A stretch of 64,000 nucleotides of DNA. Origin: a virus. Shown one piece after another: positions 29,667 through 38,882 of this stretch (positions are counted from its first letter, which is position 1; each line of letters begins with the position of its first letter). The notes beneath the pieces were generated by a model. The model did no database searches. It had not been told where the DNA came from and saw nothing but the letters and a program-made list of their open reading frames with translations. Position numbers and translations under genes: made by a program. The stretch covers positions 1 through 64,000 of the IMG/VR virus record IMGVR_UViG_3300031787_011371; one strand, 5' to 3'.

Positions 29667-30706
29667 CTTGTTCTAACGTTTTTAGATAATATTTCTGTTA
29701 TTTTAGCATTAACATCTTCTGCTGAACTTAAATTATCACTTGAGTTACTAACGCCTAAATATTCTTTTAAAATATTTATTTCTTCTGTTGTCCCATAAGG
29801 TTTATCTTGTGGTGTATGTTTATGATTTAAACAAAATCTTATCATAACCTTTAGAAGTTTAACTAATTCATCTCCTAATACTAATGGATGTAATTGCTTT
29901 GCTGTATCGCCATAAGTGTTTAAGTCTGGATTTGTATTATATTCTATATTTGATGGATTTATATTTCCATTTTCATCTAATGCTCTAAACTTTCTGGAAG
30001 ATGTGTTTGATGATATTAGGTTTATATTTGAACCAACTATGTTAACTTGTGAAAATGCTGGTCTTTCTAATTGGCCATTTTCGGAAACAATTTCTAAATT
30101 ATCTTTTAATTGTATAAAACATTCAGTTGATGTATTTTTGGTATAAGTTTTATTATTGTAATATCCTGCAGTTATTAAAACTTCTCTTGATTTTAATGTT
30201 ACATCAGCATCATTTTTTCCTCTTAAACAAATAAAATCATTGTTTGCATTATTTCTTTTGTCATCCAGATTTATATTTGTTGCATCTGATGCCCTATAAC
30301 TATTTTCATTAAAAAGATTGTTAGCGGAAGCTGTACTCTCTTCTTCTGAAAAACTTCTTTTTACACTTCTTATTGGTCCAATATAAAAACGTCTTGATGA
30401 TTGGTCTTTTGGATTCTCTAATATTATATAAACCAATTCTCCTATTCTTGGCATTAGATTAACAAAATGAGGAAATAAAGGATATGCAATTTTTGGAAGA
30501 ACATCATTTCTATCTTTTCCAGGTTGCTCTTCTCCATTTTTATCATTGAAATCTATTATGGAAGCTGTTATTCTACCCATATTAGACCTATCATCATTAG
30601 ATTCAACTCTCGCTAAATAAATTATTTTACCACGAGTAGTTCCATTACTGTGAAAAGAGCCTTGACCGCCCATTATATTTAAACTATTAGCTAAATCGTT
30701 TATCAT
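29663..30706 (-). CDS. Baseplate hub/central spike protein (gp5/gpV-like)
   Basis: OB-fold-like N-terminus (ARVESNDD..MGRI..P..GELV) and C-terminal HxH (NHKH) motif. Confidence 0.65.
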   Translation of the reverse strand: MINDLANSLNIMGGQGSFHSNGTTRGKIIYLARVESNDDRSNMGRITASIIDFNDKNGEEQPGKDRNDVLPKIAYPLFPHFVNLMPRIGELVYIILENPKDQSSRRFYIGPIRSVKRSFSEEESTASANNLFNENSYRASDATNINLDDKRNNANNDFICLRGKNDADVTLKSREVLITAGYYNNKTYTKNTSTECFIQLKDNLEIVSENGQLERPAFSQVNIVGSNINLISSNTSSRKFRALDENGNINPSNIEYNTNPDLNTYGDTAKQLHPLVLGDELVKLLKVMIRFCLNHKHTPQDKPYGTTEEINILKEYLGVSNSSDNLSSAEDVNAKITEILSKNVRTS

Positions 30707-30871
30707 TTAATTTCCTTTTATTTCATTTCTTAATATATGATACTTTTTTGCTAGTTCATCGATTTCATCTAGAACTGTATCTACTAATTTTTTCTTTTCG
30801 TAAAATTTATCAACAACATCTTGTAATTCTCTGAGTAATTGAGTTTTACTTTTCTTTTTTATTTCTTCCAT
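30707..30871 (-). CDS. Small coiled-coil protein (54 aa, absent from the ORF track)
   Basis: MEEIKKKSKTQLLRELQDVVDKFYEKKKLVDTVLDEIDELAKKYHILRNEIKGN*; fills the gap, with its stop abutting the next ATG. Confidence 0.7.
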   Translation of the reverse strand: MEEIKKKSKTQLLRELQDVVDKFYEKKKLVDTVLDEIDELAKKYHILRNEIKGN

Positions 30872-30881
30872 AACTTTTTTT

Positions 30882-31298
30882 TTAACTTGCTAAACCAGCT
30901 CCAGAATGTGGAGTTATATTGCTACCAGTTGTAACCACTGGACCACCAGCGTTTCCTCCTGTAGCCGTTACTATCATGCCAGTATCAACTGCAACATCTA
31001 CTCTCATATCATTTTGTATTGCAGAAACTATTTCATCCATCATTACCTTTGTATATTCTTCCATTACATTTGGCTTTCCATTTTCAAGAGGGCCAGAAGG
31101 TATTCCTATTTTATCAAATTTTGAAATAACTTCAGAACTTATAGAATCGCTATCTAATCCTGGCCTTAACTTTGCTAATAATATTTCAAAAAGACTAAAG
31201 TTAGGAAGTTTCATTTTATTTTCTTGAAACAAAAATAATATAAAATTAGACAAACCGTCTGATATTTGTAGTTTTTCATCAACTTTTATACATCCCAT
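30882..31298 (-). CDS. Hypothetical baseplate-associated protein
   Basis: 138 aa with a Gly-rich C-terminus (TATGGNAGGPVVTTG); next to the spike gene. Confidence 0.55.
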   Translation of the reverse strand: MGCIKVDEKLQISDGLSNFILFLFQENKMKLPNFSLFEILLAKLRPGLDSDSISSEVISKFDKIGIPSGPLENGKPNVMEEYTKVMMDEIVSAIQNDMRVDVAVDTGMIVTATGGNAGGPVVTTGSNITPHSGAGLAS

Positions 31299-31303
31299 AA
31301 CTA

Positions 31304-33898
31304 TTATTTTTCTTTATTTTTTTTAACATATTCAAAAACGCCTTTTATACCACTATTTTTAAATGCTTCTCTATATTGTTCGATTTTATTGGTTGCGTTT
31401 TGAATTTTTTGCAAAGATTCAAATTGTCTTTTACGCCTCTTTAATAACTTTAAAATCTTTTCTTTTGCTTTTTCTTGTATCAATTTTCTAATTTGCACTT
31501 TTGCTTCGGCTATTAATTTTTGTATTAACATAGATAAAACCAAAGAATAAAGTGAATTTATTATACTTCTTGAAAAAGCTGACTTTTTCTCGAAATCTTC
31601 TTTGTTTCCAGAGCCACATGCTTGTGTTATTTGGCAAGGACTAGACAACAATTCCTTTGGATTTAAAGGGCTCTGTCCAGTCTTGTCTAGTTCAGTATTT
31701 ATAAAATCGAATACTTGACCTATTTCTGGACTATATGCAAATGCAACACTTATATATTGCATAATTTTGTCTATCAAAATTTGGAAAAAACTTTTACTAA
31801 CAGCATTTGCATCTTCTTCATTTCTTTGTCTTTGCATTTCTGTTGTTACATAATTTTGCAACAATATAAATGAATTGGCTGGATTAGGTCTATTTTCTTC
31901 TGGGATGCCCAATTCCTCAGAACTGATTAAATCAAATTCAGACTCAAAGTTTTCTGGTAATTTTATTTCAACTTTTTGACAAGAAATTGTTAATTCAATT
32001 TTCCCAGATTCTAACTGTTTTTTAAGTTGAACTCTATTAAATTCTAGTTCAGATTCTGTTATACTTGGATTATTGGTTACTGAAAACATTTTCTCTCCAC
32101 AAGCAGCAGAGTTTAATAGAACTTCAGCATCTTGTTCGTTGTTACTCATTATTTCTTTTGGACCAAAAATCATTTTAATTATTTGTGCAGCCAAAATACG
32201 TTTACCAACATTTAAAGATGGTCTTAAATATTTTTCTAAATATTCTTTATTTGACAATCCAACATCTTCTGGATTAAACCCAAAAGATAAAACATTATCA
32301 AACTCTCCACTTTCATTAAATTTAAAAGACGTATCTCCTGAAGTTTGACCACTTTCACTTATTGTGCCTACAACTGTAGTTCCTGAATCTAAATTTACAT
32401 CAATTTGGTTAGGTAAAAATTCTATTGAAGTAGTAGTATTACCAGATGAGTCAGTTAAGTTATTAATTACAAATTTTGAACCTTGTGGAGGATATTCTAT
32501 TCCATCTATATTTCTTGTACTTGGAAATTCGTTTGTTGTTAATAATTCTTCAGCCTCCAATAAAGAATCAACTGAAACAGTTTTTAAATACTCTGGTAAA
32601 TTTGCATTGTTTTTTATTGTAAAAACATAATTAGGACTTACAAATGGATATCTTGTATTTCCAGAAGCACTAGAAATTATTTTTCCATTATCAATTAAAT
32701 CTTGTTTCCAAGAATTATAGTTATTTATTATTTCATTATAAGTCTCATTACTATTATCAATTTGCTCTTCAAATAAAATAGGTTGTAAATCAATATTATT
32801 TTCTACATTAGACCTAATTCCAATAAAATCAGATGTTGCGTTTGTTGGTAAATTTTGTTCATTAAAAATATATTGAACTGGCTGCCCTATTAATTCATAA
32901 CTATAAATTATCTCATTGTAATTATTTATATTATTTTGTGTATCTCCAGTTGAGTAAATTGTATTTCCAATGTAATTTATTTGTAATTTTAATTCGTTTC
33001 TGGTATTATAATTTACTTTTACGTCTTTTACTATTTTTTCCTCATAAGCATCAGAATCGTGATAAATTTTTACGTCGTAATTTTTAGCTTCTATATTTTT
33101 AAATTCGTATTTACCATTTATGTCAACAACAATTTTTAATTTAGAATCTGAATTTAATAATTCTACCTTTGCGCCAGGTATTGTAACACCAGTTTCATCA
33201 ACAACTTCTCCATATAGGTCTCCTATTAAAATTTCTACATCATCAACCTTTGTTCCAGTAACTGGATATTTTATTCCATTTTCAAAGAACCCTTCATTGT
33301 TTGCTGTTATTTTTAAATCTGTAAGAATAACGTTTTTATCACTATTCTCATCCAGCAAATAAGTTTTTTGAAACTCTGGGAGTCTGTCTGGAATGTTTGT
33401 TGATATATCTACTATTAAAGTGGCGCCACTTATATTTTCTTCTCTTGAAATAAAAGAATATTCTACAACTTCAAATTGTGAAAAAGATTTATTTGAAGTT
33501 TCACCTGTTAATTCTGCGTTTTCAACATTTGAAGTAGTGGCAGATAGATTGTTTTCGGTAGTTGCTGTTTTTGGTTGTGGCGCTAACTTTATATTATTAG
33601 CATCTAAAGTGTCTGCTAAACCTTTTATTATAATGTCTTCTAATAAAAAATTGTCTGGGCCGACAGTGGCAAATATTTTATTTAAAAATTGTGTCATTAC
33701 ACCTTCAGATGTCCCAGGACCAACTAATGAATCTAAAAATTTAACAGATAAATCAAAAGAGCTTATTTGTTGTTCTTTTGATAAATTTTGAAATTTATTT
33801 TGAGGCAAAGTTGTATACGTTCTAAGCGAATTTAATTTCGATAGAGCCTGCTTTTGCACATCAGTTAGTGCTGAATTTATTGGTGCTTTGAATGACAT
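31304..33898 (-). CDS. Large structural protein containing a CarboxypepD_reg-like domain
   Basis: GEVVDETGVTIPGAKVEL..GKYEFKNI.A.NYDVKI internal domain. Confidence 0.6.
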   Translation of the reverse strand: MSFKAPINSALTDVQKQALSKLNSLRTYTTLPQNKFQNLSKEQQISSFDLSVKFLDSLVGPGTSEGVMTQFLNKIFATVGPDNFLLEDIIIKGLADTLDANNIKLAPQPKTATTENNLSATTSNVENAELTGETSNKSFSQFEVVEYSFISREENISGATLIVDISTNIPDRLPEFQKTYLLDENSDKNVILTDLKITANNEGFFENGIKYPVTGTKVDDVEILIGDLYGEVVDETGVTIPGAKVELLNSDSKLKIVVDINGKYEFKNIEAKNYDVKIYHDSDAYEEKIVKDVKVNYNTRNELKLQINYIGNTIYSTGDTQNNINNYNEIIYSYELIGQPVQYIFNEQNLPTNATSDFIGIRSNVENNIDLQPILFEEQIDNSNETYNEIINNYNSWKQDLIDNGKIISSASGNTRYPFVSPNYVFTIKNNANLPEYLKTVSVDSLLEAEELLTTNEFPSTRNIDGIEYPPQGSKFVINNLTDSSGNTTTSIEFLPNQIDVNLDSGTTVVGTISESGQTSGDTSFKFNESGEFDNVLSFGFNPEDVGLSNKEYLEKYLRPSLNVGKRILAAQIIKMIFGPKEIMSNNEQDAEVLLNSAACGEKMFSVTNNPSITESELEFNRVQLKKQLESGKIELTISCQKVEIKLPENFESEFDLISSEELGIPEENRPNPANSFILLQNYVTTEMQRQRNEEDANAVSKSFFQILIDKIMQYISVAFAYSPEIGQVFDFINTELDKTGQSPLNPKELLSSPCQITQACGSGNKEDFEKKSAFSRSIINSLYSLVLSMLIQKLIAEAKVQIRKLIQEKAKEKILKLLKRRKRQFESLQKIQNATNKIEQYREAFKNSGIKGVFEYVKKNKEK

Positions 33899-33900
33899 CT

Positions 33901-34257
33901 TTAACTATCACCTTTATTTTTGCCTGTTTGTAGATATTTGAATATTTCTTTTTTAAAGTTATCATTTAAGCCTCCAGGCATATTATTGCTATTATCACCA
34001 GAGCCATCTTTATAGATTATATCTTTTAACATTTTTGCCACTCCAATCATTGCGTTTGAACGTTCTGCTGCTACCTTTAAGTAATCAACTGCAAACTTTC
34101 CTTGCAATACAAAATCTTCAGGACCAAGAATTGTTTCATCTTGTCTCCTATATCTTTCAAGAGACAAGTCTCTTTCTTCTTCCATGTTTTTAAGAGATTT
34201 ATTTAATAATTCTCTAAACATAGATTCTAAATCTTTATTTTCAGGTGAATCTCCCAT
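33901..34257 (-). CDS. Hypothetical helical protein
   Basis: 118-aa ORF; TATTTATA upstream at 34270-34277. Confidence 0.6.
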   Translation of the reverse strand: MGDSPENKDLESMFRELLNKSLKNMEEERDLSLERYRRQDETILGPEDFVLQGKFAVDYLKVAAERSNAMIGVAKMLKDIIYKDGSGDNSNNMPGGLNDNFKKEIFKYLQTGKNKGDS

Positions 34258-34294
34258 ATGTCAATTTATTATAAATATAATTAACAAAAAAATG

Positions 34295-35200
34295 TTAATC
34301 TAAATCTTTTAAAAAATTTTCTTTAAAAACTTTATACATATTTCTTATTCTTGTTAATGAATATGTTATGTCTTTAGTCTGTAAATCAGTCTTTTCTTTA
34401 ATTAAGTGATATAAAAGATTTTTATTGTATATATTTAGGACTTCGTGACTTTTAAATATGTAAATTATAGCTTCCATCACTTTTTTGTCATTAGGAAGAA
34501 TTTTAGGATTATCTAATTCTCTTTCTAATTTAATTACTGTTTCTCTAAAAACAACACTATTAATTTTTTCAGATTCTACATCAACTTTTCTTTCTTCATC
34601 TTCTTCTTCCAGACTAGTTTCGGCATTAGATTCTTCTATATTTATGTTTATTTGCATATTTTTATAAGATACTTTCTTTTCTCCCATTAAATAATGCTTG
34701 GCTATTGTTCCTAAAAATGCGAATGCTCTAGTTCCTTTTGATGGGTCATATCTATCTATTTTAGTTATAAGAAAAGACATGCAATCCTCTTGAAGTTCTC
34801 TAATTTCTACATCAGTTCTAAATAGTTTATATGTAAAAATTATATTTTCAATTAATTTTTTTAGAGGTTTGTATAATTTTTTTCTAAATATTCTATTTCT
34901 TACGTTTTGGTCAGTTTCACTTGCATATTCAACTATAGCCCTTTCTTGTTCGACGGTCCAATAAACAGATTTTTTTTCATATTTTTCGTCTATTTCTTCT
35001 TCGTTTACAAGTCTAGAATATTCTTCTCTTAAAAATTCTAAAGTTATTTCTTCTTCTTCAAACTCATTTTCTTCATTATCAGAATCTTCTTCTGATAACA
35101 TTGGATTGTCCTCTAAAACTATTTTATGTAGATATATAAATTCTTCACCTAAAGAATCAAATTTTAATTCCTTTAAAGGTTTTAATTTTTTGTTTGCCAT
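34295..35200 (-). CDS. Phage sigma factor (sigma70 region 2; T4 gp55-like late sigma)
   Basis: LQEDCMSFLITKIDRYDPSKGTRAFAFLGTIAKHYL resembles the region-2 core (FDPxK..FxY); acidic N-terminus. Confidence 0.7.
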   Translation of the reverse strand: MANKKLKPLKELKFDSLGEEFIYLHKIVLEDNPMLSEEDSDNEENEFEEEEITLEFLREEYSRLVNEEEIDEKYEKKSVYWTVEQERAIVEYASETDQNVRNRIFRKKLYKPLKKLIENIIFTYKLFRTDVEIRELQEDCMSFLITKIDRYDPSKGTRAFAFLGTIAKHYLMGEKKVSYKNMQININIEESNAETSLEEEDEERKVDVESEKINSVVFRETVIKLERELDNPKILPNDKKVMEAIIYIFKSHEVLNIYNKNLLYHLIKEKTDLQTKDITYSLTRIRNMYKVFKENFLKDLD

Positions 35201-35214
35201 TATTCATAATATTA

Positions 35215-35246
35215 TTTGGTTTTTTTAATGGCATTTATTATATTTG
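35215..35246 (+). promoter_or_regulatory. Bacteroidota-type promoter pointing away from the sigma gene
   Basis: TTTG(35215-18)-N20-TATATTTG(35239-46). Confidence 0.6.
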
Positions 35247-35249
35247 TAA

Positions 35250-35337
35250 ATGCCCTACAATTATCGTCTCTATTTGTTGGGGGTATTTTGATAAGTAAAA
35301 ATAGCAGACCTCTGCAAAGGTCTGCTATTTGTTTTTT
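35250..35337 (+). ncRNA. Candidate small RNA (or leaderless 13-aa peptide mRNA)
   Basis: Promoter, G-U-containing 5' hairpin and terminator all lie within an intergenic gap. Confidence 0.4.
35297..35337. terminator. Intrinsic terminator, probably bidirectional
   Basis: 13-bp stem AAATAGCAGACCT/AGGTCTGCTATTT with A and T tails. Confidence 0.8.
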
Positions 35338-36286
35338 AAGCAACTGGTGCTTCGTATTCGATTTCTCTATCTTCAGACATGAAATATTCACTTTTAGCTT
35401 GTTCCATCCAAAATCCTATCTCATGAGATGTCATTCCTCCATTTTCTTTTGATAAAGTAGTAATATTTGAAGGTACTTTTGATGATAATTTATCAAAAGA
35501 TAAACTGTTTACATCCCTTCTCATTTGATAACCATATCTCGGAATTGTATAAGCTTTTAAATCCTCATAAATCATTCTTAAAAAGAATTCATAAGAAGAA
35601 GCTATATTCATATTCTCTTTGAAAGGATAATACTTTCCATCTCTCTCTTCACTATATTCCTTAACATCTTCAACTCTAAACATACATCCAGAAGGAGAAA
35701 GACAATTCCAAGTCATAAGTAATTGTAAATCTGCATGTCCAGCAACTTCTGCTCTACCTTCAAGCCATGTAGCCTCATTTAGATGACCAGTCATATTTCC
35801 AGCAGTTACTTGTCTAACTAATGGTAAAAAAATTGAAACTTCTTCTTTTTCTGCAGAATATCGCTTAAAATTATGAATCCAATTTCCTTCTACTATATCA
35901 TCACTTTCAACTAAAGCAAACCACTTGTAGCCATTTTCTAAAGCTAAATTAAAGCCATAATTAAATGCTTCACTATATTGTTTTGCATTAACTTTTTCGA
36001 TTGCATAATTAAGAGTTTTTTCTGAATCAACCATATTAACAACAGGAGTTCCGTCTTCATTTTTTTCGAAAACTCTTTTCTGTGGTTTCTCTGCAATTCT
36101 ATCTAATTCTTTTAAACTTTCTTCGCTATTATCTTCAGAAACAAGCAAGACAACGTCTGCCCCTTCTGTTTGCATAGCTAATGCATAAAGAGATTCATTT
36201 AATATTTCTCTATCAATTTTATTGATTGGTAAAACGACTAATAAATTTTTATTGTCTAATGTTTTCAAGTTCTTTAATTCTTTCAT
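35336..36286 (-). CDS. Divergent GT-A (GT2-like) glycosyltransferase
   Basis: VVLPI, FNYG, LVESDD, YEFFLRM, IPRYGY. Confidence 0.55.
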   Translation of the reverse strand: MKELKNLKTLDNKNLLVVLPINKIDREILNESLYALAMQTEGADVVLLVSEDNSEESLKELDRIAEKPQKRVFEKNEDGTPVVNMVDSEKTLNYAIEKVNAKQYSEAFNYGFNLALENGYKWFALVESDDIVEGNWIHNFKRYSAEKEEVSIFLPLVRQVTAGNMTGHLNEATWLEGRAEVAGHADLQLLMTWNCLSPSGCMFRVEDVKEYSEERDGKYYPFKENMNIASSYEFFLRMIYEDLKAYTIPRYGYQMRRDVNSLSFDKLSSKVPSNITTLSKENGGMTSHEIGFWMEQAKSEYFMSEDREIEYEAPVA

Positions 36287-37463
36287 CTTCTATTTGTTTA
36301 TAAATGTGTAAAATTGTTTCTGTTTCTTTTTGTTTTGTATAATTTGATAATGTTTTCTCGTATTCATTGATAACTTCTTCACTATCAAGCATACCAGAAA
36401 AATATCTGTCTAATGCCATTCCAATTAGTTCAGCTAATTGAAATACGTCTCCATTAACTGCCCAGAATCCATTTTTTTCATTAATATATTCTTTACTTCC
36501 AAATGGTGTCCAACCGATTAAGTGAGTACCGCAAGCCATAGCTTCTAATGGTAAAGTACCAAAGCCAGCAATTTCATCAGTATATAATGCAAATGCAGAA
36601 TTTTTAAGCTGTTTTGCAAAATCTTCTTTTGTCAAACCTTGCAGCGGAGCAAAACGAATCCATCTATAGTGCGGATAAAATTCATAAAAAGTTCTAATAA
36701 CTGCATTTGTTTTCATTTGAGACTCTGGACCTCTTCCAGGCATATATGAAATCATAGGGGCTTTGTCTGATAATTTTTCTGGGATATTGAACAATTCTCT
36801 ATCAATTCCTTGCTTATAATTTCTAATTGTCAACCCAGGCATTACTGCATTTAAATATTCAGATATTCCATCTGAAACAGAAATTACATCTTTAATTCCA
36901 AAATGTTGCCATTTTTGGCCAACTTTCATACCAGACAATATATAGTACCAACTTTGAGCAAGCACTACTCTTTTACAAGAAAGATTTGCTGTATTTTCCA
37001 TTATATTTGGAAATCCTTCTGGAATAACCATTATGTCTTCTGGATTCATTAAAAGACTTTCAAACTTTTCAGTTGTTCCATCAGAATAAGTTAGTTCTCC
37101 TTCGGCAAGACATCTCATATTGACTTCGTCTTTTAAGTCTCCTAGCCAAGATGGGTTGAACTTATCAAAAATAACGACTGGCTGTTTTGCGCCTTTTAAT
37201 CTAGCTTTGTTAGTAGCTTCCAATGAAGCTCTACTATTTTGTTGCGGTTCATAAATAACCGTAACATTATATCCAGCATCTTTTAATGTTTTTGCGTGTT
37301 CAAATAAAACAGAAATACCACCACTAGGCGTACTCATGGCTGGACAATACATGTAAATACTATAATCCTTTTTTTCTAATTTAGAAATTACACCATTTAT
37401 AATTTCTTCTCTTTGTTTTTTTGCTTCTTCTTGAGAAACTTCTTGAGAAACCATTTCTTCCAT
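36249..37463 (-). CDS. GT4-like glycosyltransferase
   Basis: PSGGIS, IPEGF, DEIAGFGTLPLEAMACG. Confidence 0.75.
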   Translation of the reverse strand: MEEMVSQEVSQEEAKKQREEIINGVISKLEKKDYSIYMYCPAMSTPSGGISVLFEHAKTLKDAGYNVTVIYEPQQNSRASLEATNKARLKGAKQPVVIFDKFNPSWLGDLKDEVNMRCLAEGELTYSDGTTEKFESLLMNPEDIMVIPEGFPNIMENTANLSCKRVVLAQSWYYILSGMKVGQKWQHFGIKDVISVSDGISEYLNAVMPGLTIRNYKQGIDRELFNIPEKLSDKAPMISYMPGRGPESQMKTNAVIRTFYEFYPHYRWIRFAPLQGLTKEDFAKQLKNSAFALYTDEIAGFGTLPLEAMACGTHLIGWTPFGSKEYINEKNGFWAVNGDVFQLAELIGMALDRYFSGMLDSEEVINEYEKTLSNYTKQKETETILHIYKQIEDERIKELENIRQ

Positions 37464-37518
37464 ATTAAATTATTTTTTTATTTAAAAATAATAATGTTTT
37501 TCAAAAAGTAAATGATAA

Positions 37519-37551
37519 CAAAAAAAAAGCCCCTAAATTTTAGAGGCTTTT
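37519..37551 (-). terminator. Intrinsic terminator
   Basis: AAAAGCCCCTAA..TTAGAGGCTTTT hairpin with a long U tract on the minus strand. Confidence 0.7.
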
Positions 37552-37566
37552 AGAAAAAAAATTAAA

Positions 37567-38244
37567 TTAAATAAATAGTTCTCTTATGAACTTTTCATTT
37601 TTAATCTCATTTAAAGAATTAAATGAGTAATCAGCTTCTGAATATTCATTGTAAAGATGGTTAATTTTTATTGATTTTTGTTTATCTTTTTTTGTCTCAA
37701 AAACTTCTGGACAATCAGATATTACAACATCGGCAAAATCCCAAACTTCTTCATATTCTTTTATAAATTTAATGTTTCTTATTTTACAAGCATGTTTTGC
37801 TAGAAAATGATATGTAGAAACAATTGAACTGTCTTTACATTTTGCAAAAAGAACAACATCAAAAAGATTTGTTGAATCTCCAAAAATTTGTAAAAAGTTT
37901 ACTGAATCCATTGTTTTTGGAAATGCACTTGCTGATGCAAAAATTTGAAAAGAATAATCGTTATATAAAAAACTTTCTAATTCTTCTCTGTTTTCAAATT
38001 GGTAATGATTTAATAAATCAAAAGTATCTAAAGGTAAATTTATTTTTTCATCAATAATTTTTTGTATTGCAAAAAAATCATCCTCAGTTTCTTCTGGACT
38101 TTCTAGATAATTAAAATTTTCATCCATTTGAACTAGTGAATCATTTTTAATAAATGCTTTTCTGTACCAAGTGTCAAATTGAGAATATAAATCTCTAATT
38201 ACACCATCAATACTTATTGCTAAAACTTTTTTTGATTTTGACAT
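37567..38244 (-). CDS. 5'(3')-deoxyribonucleotidase (NT5C/HAD)-like protein with degenerate catalytic motifs
   Basis: AISIDGVIRD (DxD altered to SxD), VVISDCP, YN.. Confidence 0.55.
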   Translation of the reverse strand: MSKSKKVLAISIDGVIRDLYSQFDTWYRKAFIKNDSLVQMDENFNYLESPEETEDDFFAIQKIIDEKINLPLDTFDLLNHYQFENREELESFLYNDYSFQIFASASAFPKTMDSVNFLQIFGDSTNLFDVVLFAKCKDSSIVSTYHFLAKHACKIRNIKFIKEYEEVWDFADVVISDCPEVFETKKDKQKSIKINHLYNEYSEADYSFNSLNEIKNEKFIRELFI

Positions 38245-38291
38245 AATTTTATTTTTGTATATAATTTATATAATAAAAATAAAATGTAAAT

Positions 38292-38318
38292 AAAAAAGCC
38301 TCTTTTCAGAGGCTTTTT
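38292..38318. terminator. Intrinsic terminator
   Basis: AAAAAAGCCTCT-TTTC-AGAGGCTTTTT. Confidence 0.8.
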
Positions 38319-38319
38319 A

Positions 38320-38817
38320 TTAATTTACAGCAACGTTTTCTTCTTCTTCATCATATTCGAAAGCAGAATCTTCTTTTAGAATAAGATTAAAACCATAAAG
38401 TTCATAATCATCTTGAACTGTTTGTGATTTTACAGAACCTTTTCCTTTTGGAACAACAGAATAAGTATCTAAAACAGAATCGTTTTTGTAAATTTCTTCT
38501 GTTAGATTATTGCAATATTCTGGTAATTTAAATTTCACTGTCGCATAAAGAACATTGTCATCTATTCTAAGATTAGAAACTACACCGCAACTTAGAGAGC
38601 TAACAATGAACTCATTTAAAACATCTCTTTCAATCACTTCTCCATTTTCATCAATTTCATCAATTGCATATTCCAATTCAAACAAATTGTTTTCATTGTT
38701 TTTTTCCATTTCAAGCCAACTGTTTACTACAGAAAATGGATAAGTTCTGTGATTTTTGTTCTTTTTTCCTACTTCAAGGATTTTGAATTCTTTTTCTATA
38801 ACTTTTAATTCAGACAT
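38320..38817 (-). CDS. Prohead protease (T4 gp21/S77)-like protein, apparently non-catalytic
   Basis: NKNHRTYP, VSNLRIDDNVLYA and PKGKGSV..VQDDYELYGFNLI parallel the NxNGRxYP / SSRGxGS / VQDDFxL..FD motifs. Confidence 0.5.
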   Translation of the reverse strand: MSELKVIEKEFKILEVGKKNKNHRTYPFSVVNSWLEMEKNNENNLFELEYAIDEIDENGEVIERDVLNEFIVSSLSCGVVSNLRIDDNVLYATVKFKLPEYCNNLTEEIYKNDSVLDTYSVVPKGKGSVKSQTVQDDYELYGFNLILKEDSAFEYDEEEENVAVN

Positions 38818-38838
38818 AATGTTTTGTTTTTAATAATA

Positions 38839-38869
38839 CAAATGTATAACTATTTTTAATAATTTCAAA
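38839..38869 (-). promoter_or_regulatory. Bacteroidota-type promoter
   Basis: Minus strand TTTG-N19-TACATTTG. Confidence 0.75.
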
Positions 38870-38882
38870 AAAAAAATTAATT

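Noticed and set aside
33901-34257. Small terminase subunit call
   Set aside because: The size and helical character fit, but no diagnostic motif or adjacent large terminase supports it.
35216-35452. 78-aa + strand ORF
   Set aside because: It has a TTG start inside the promoter and runs through a terminator into an antisense gene.
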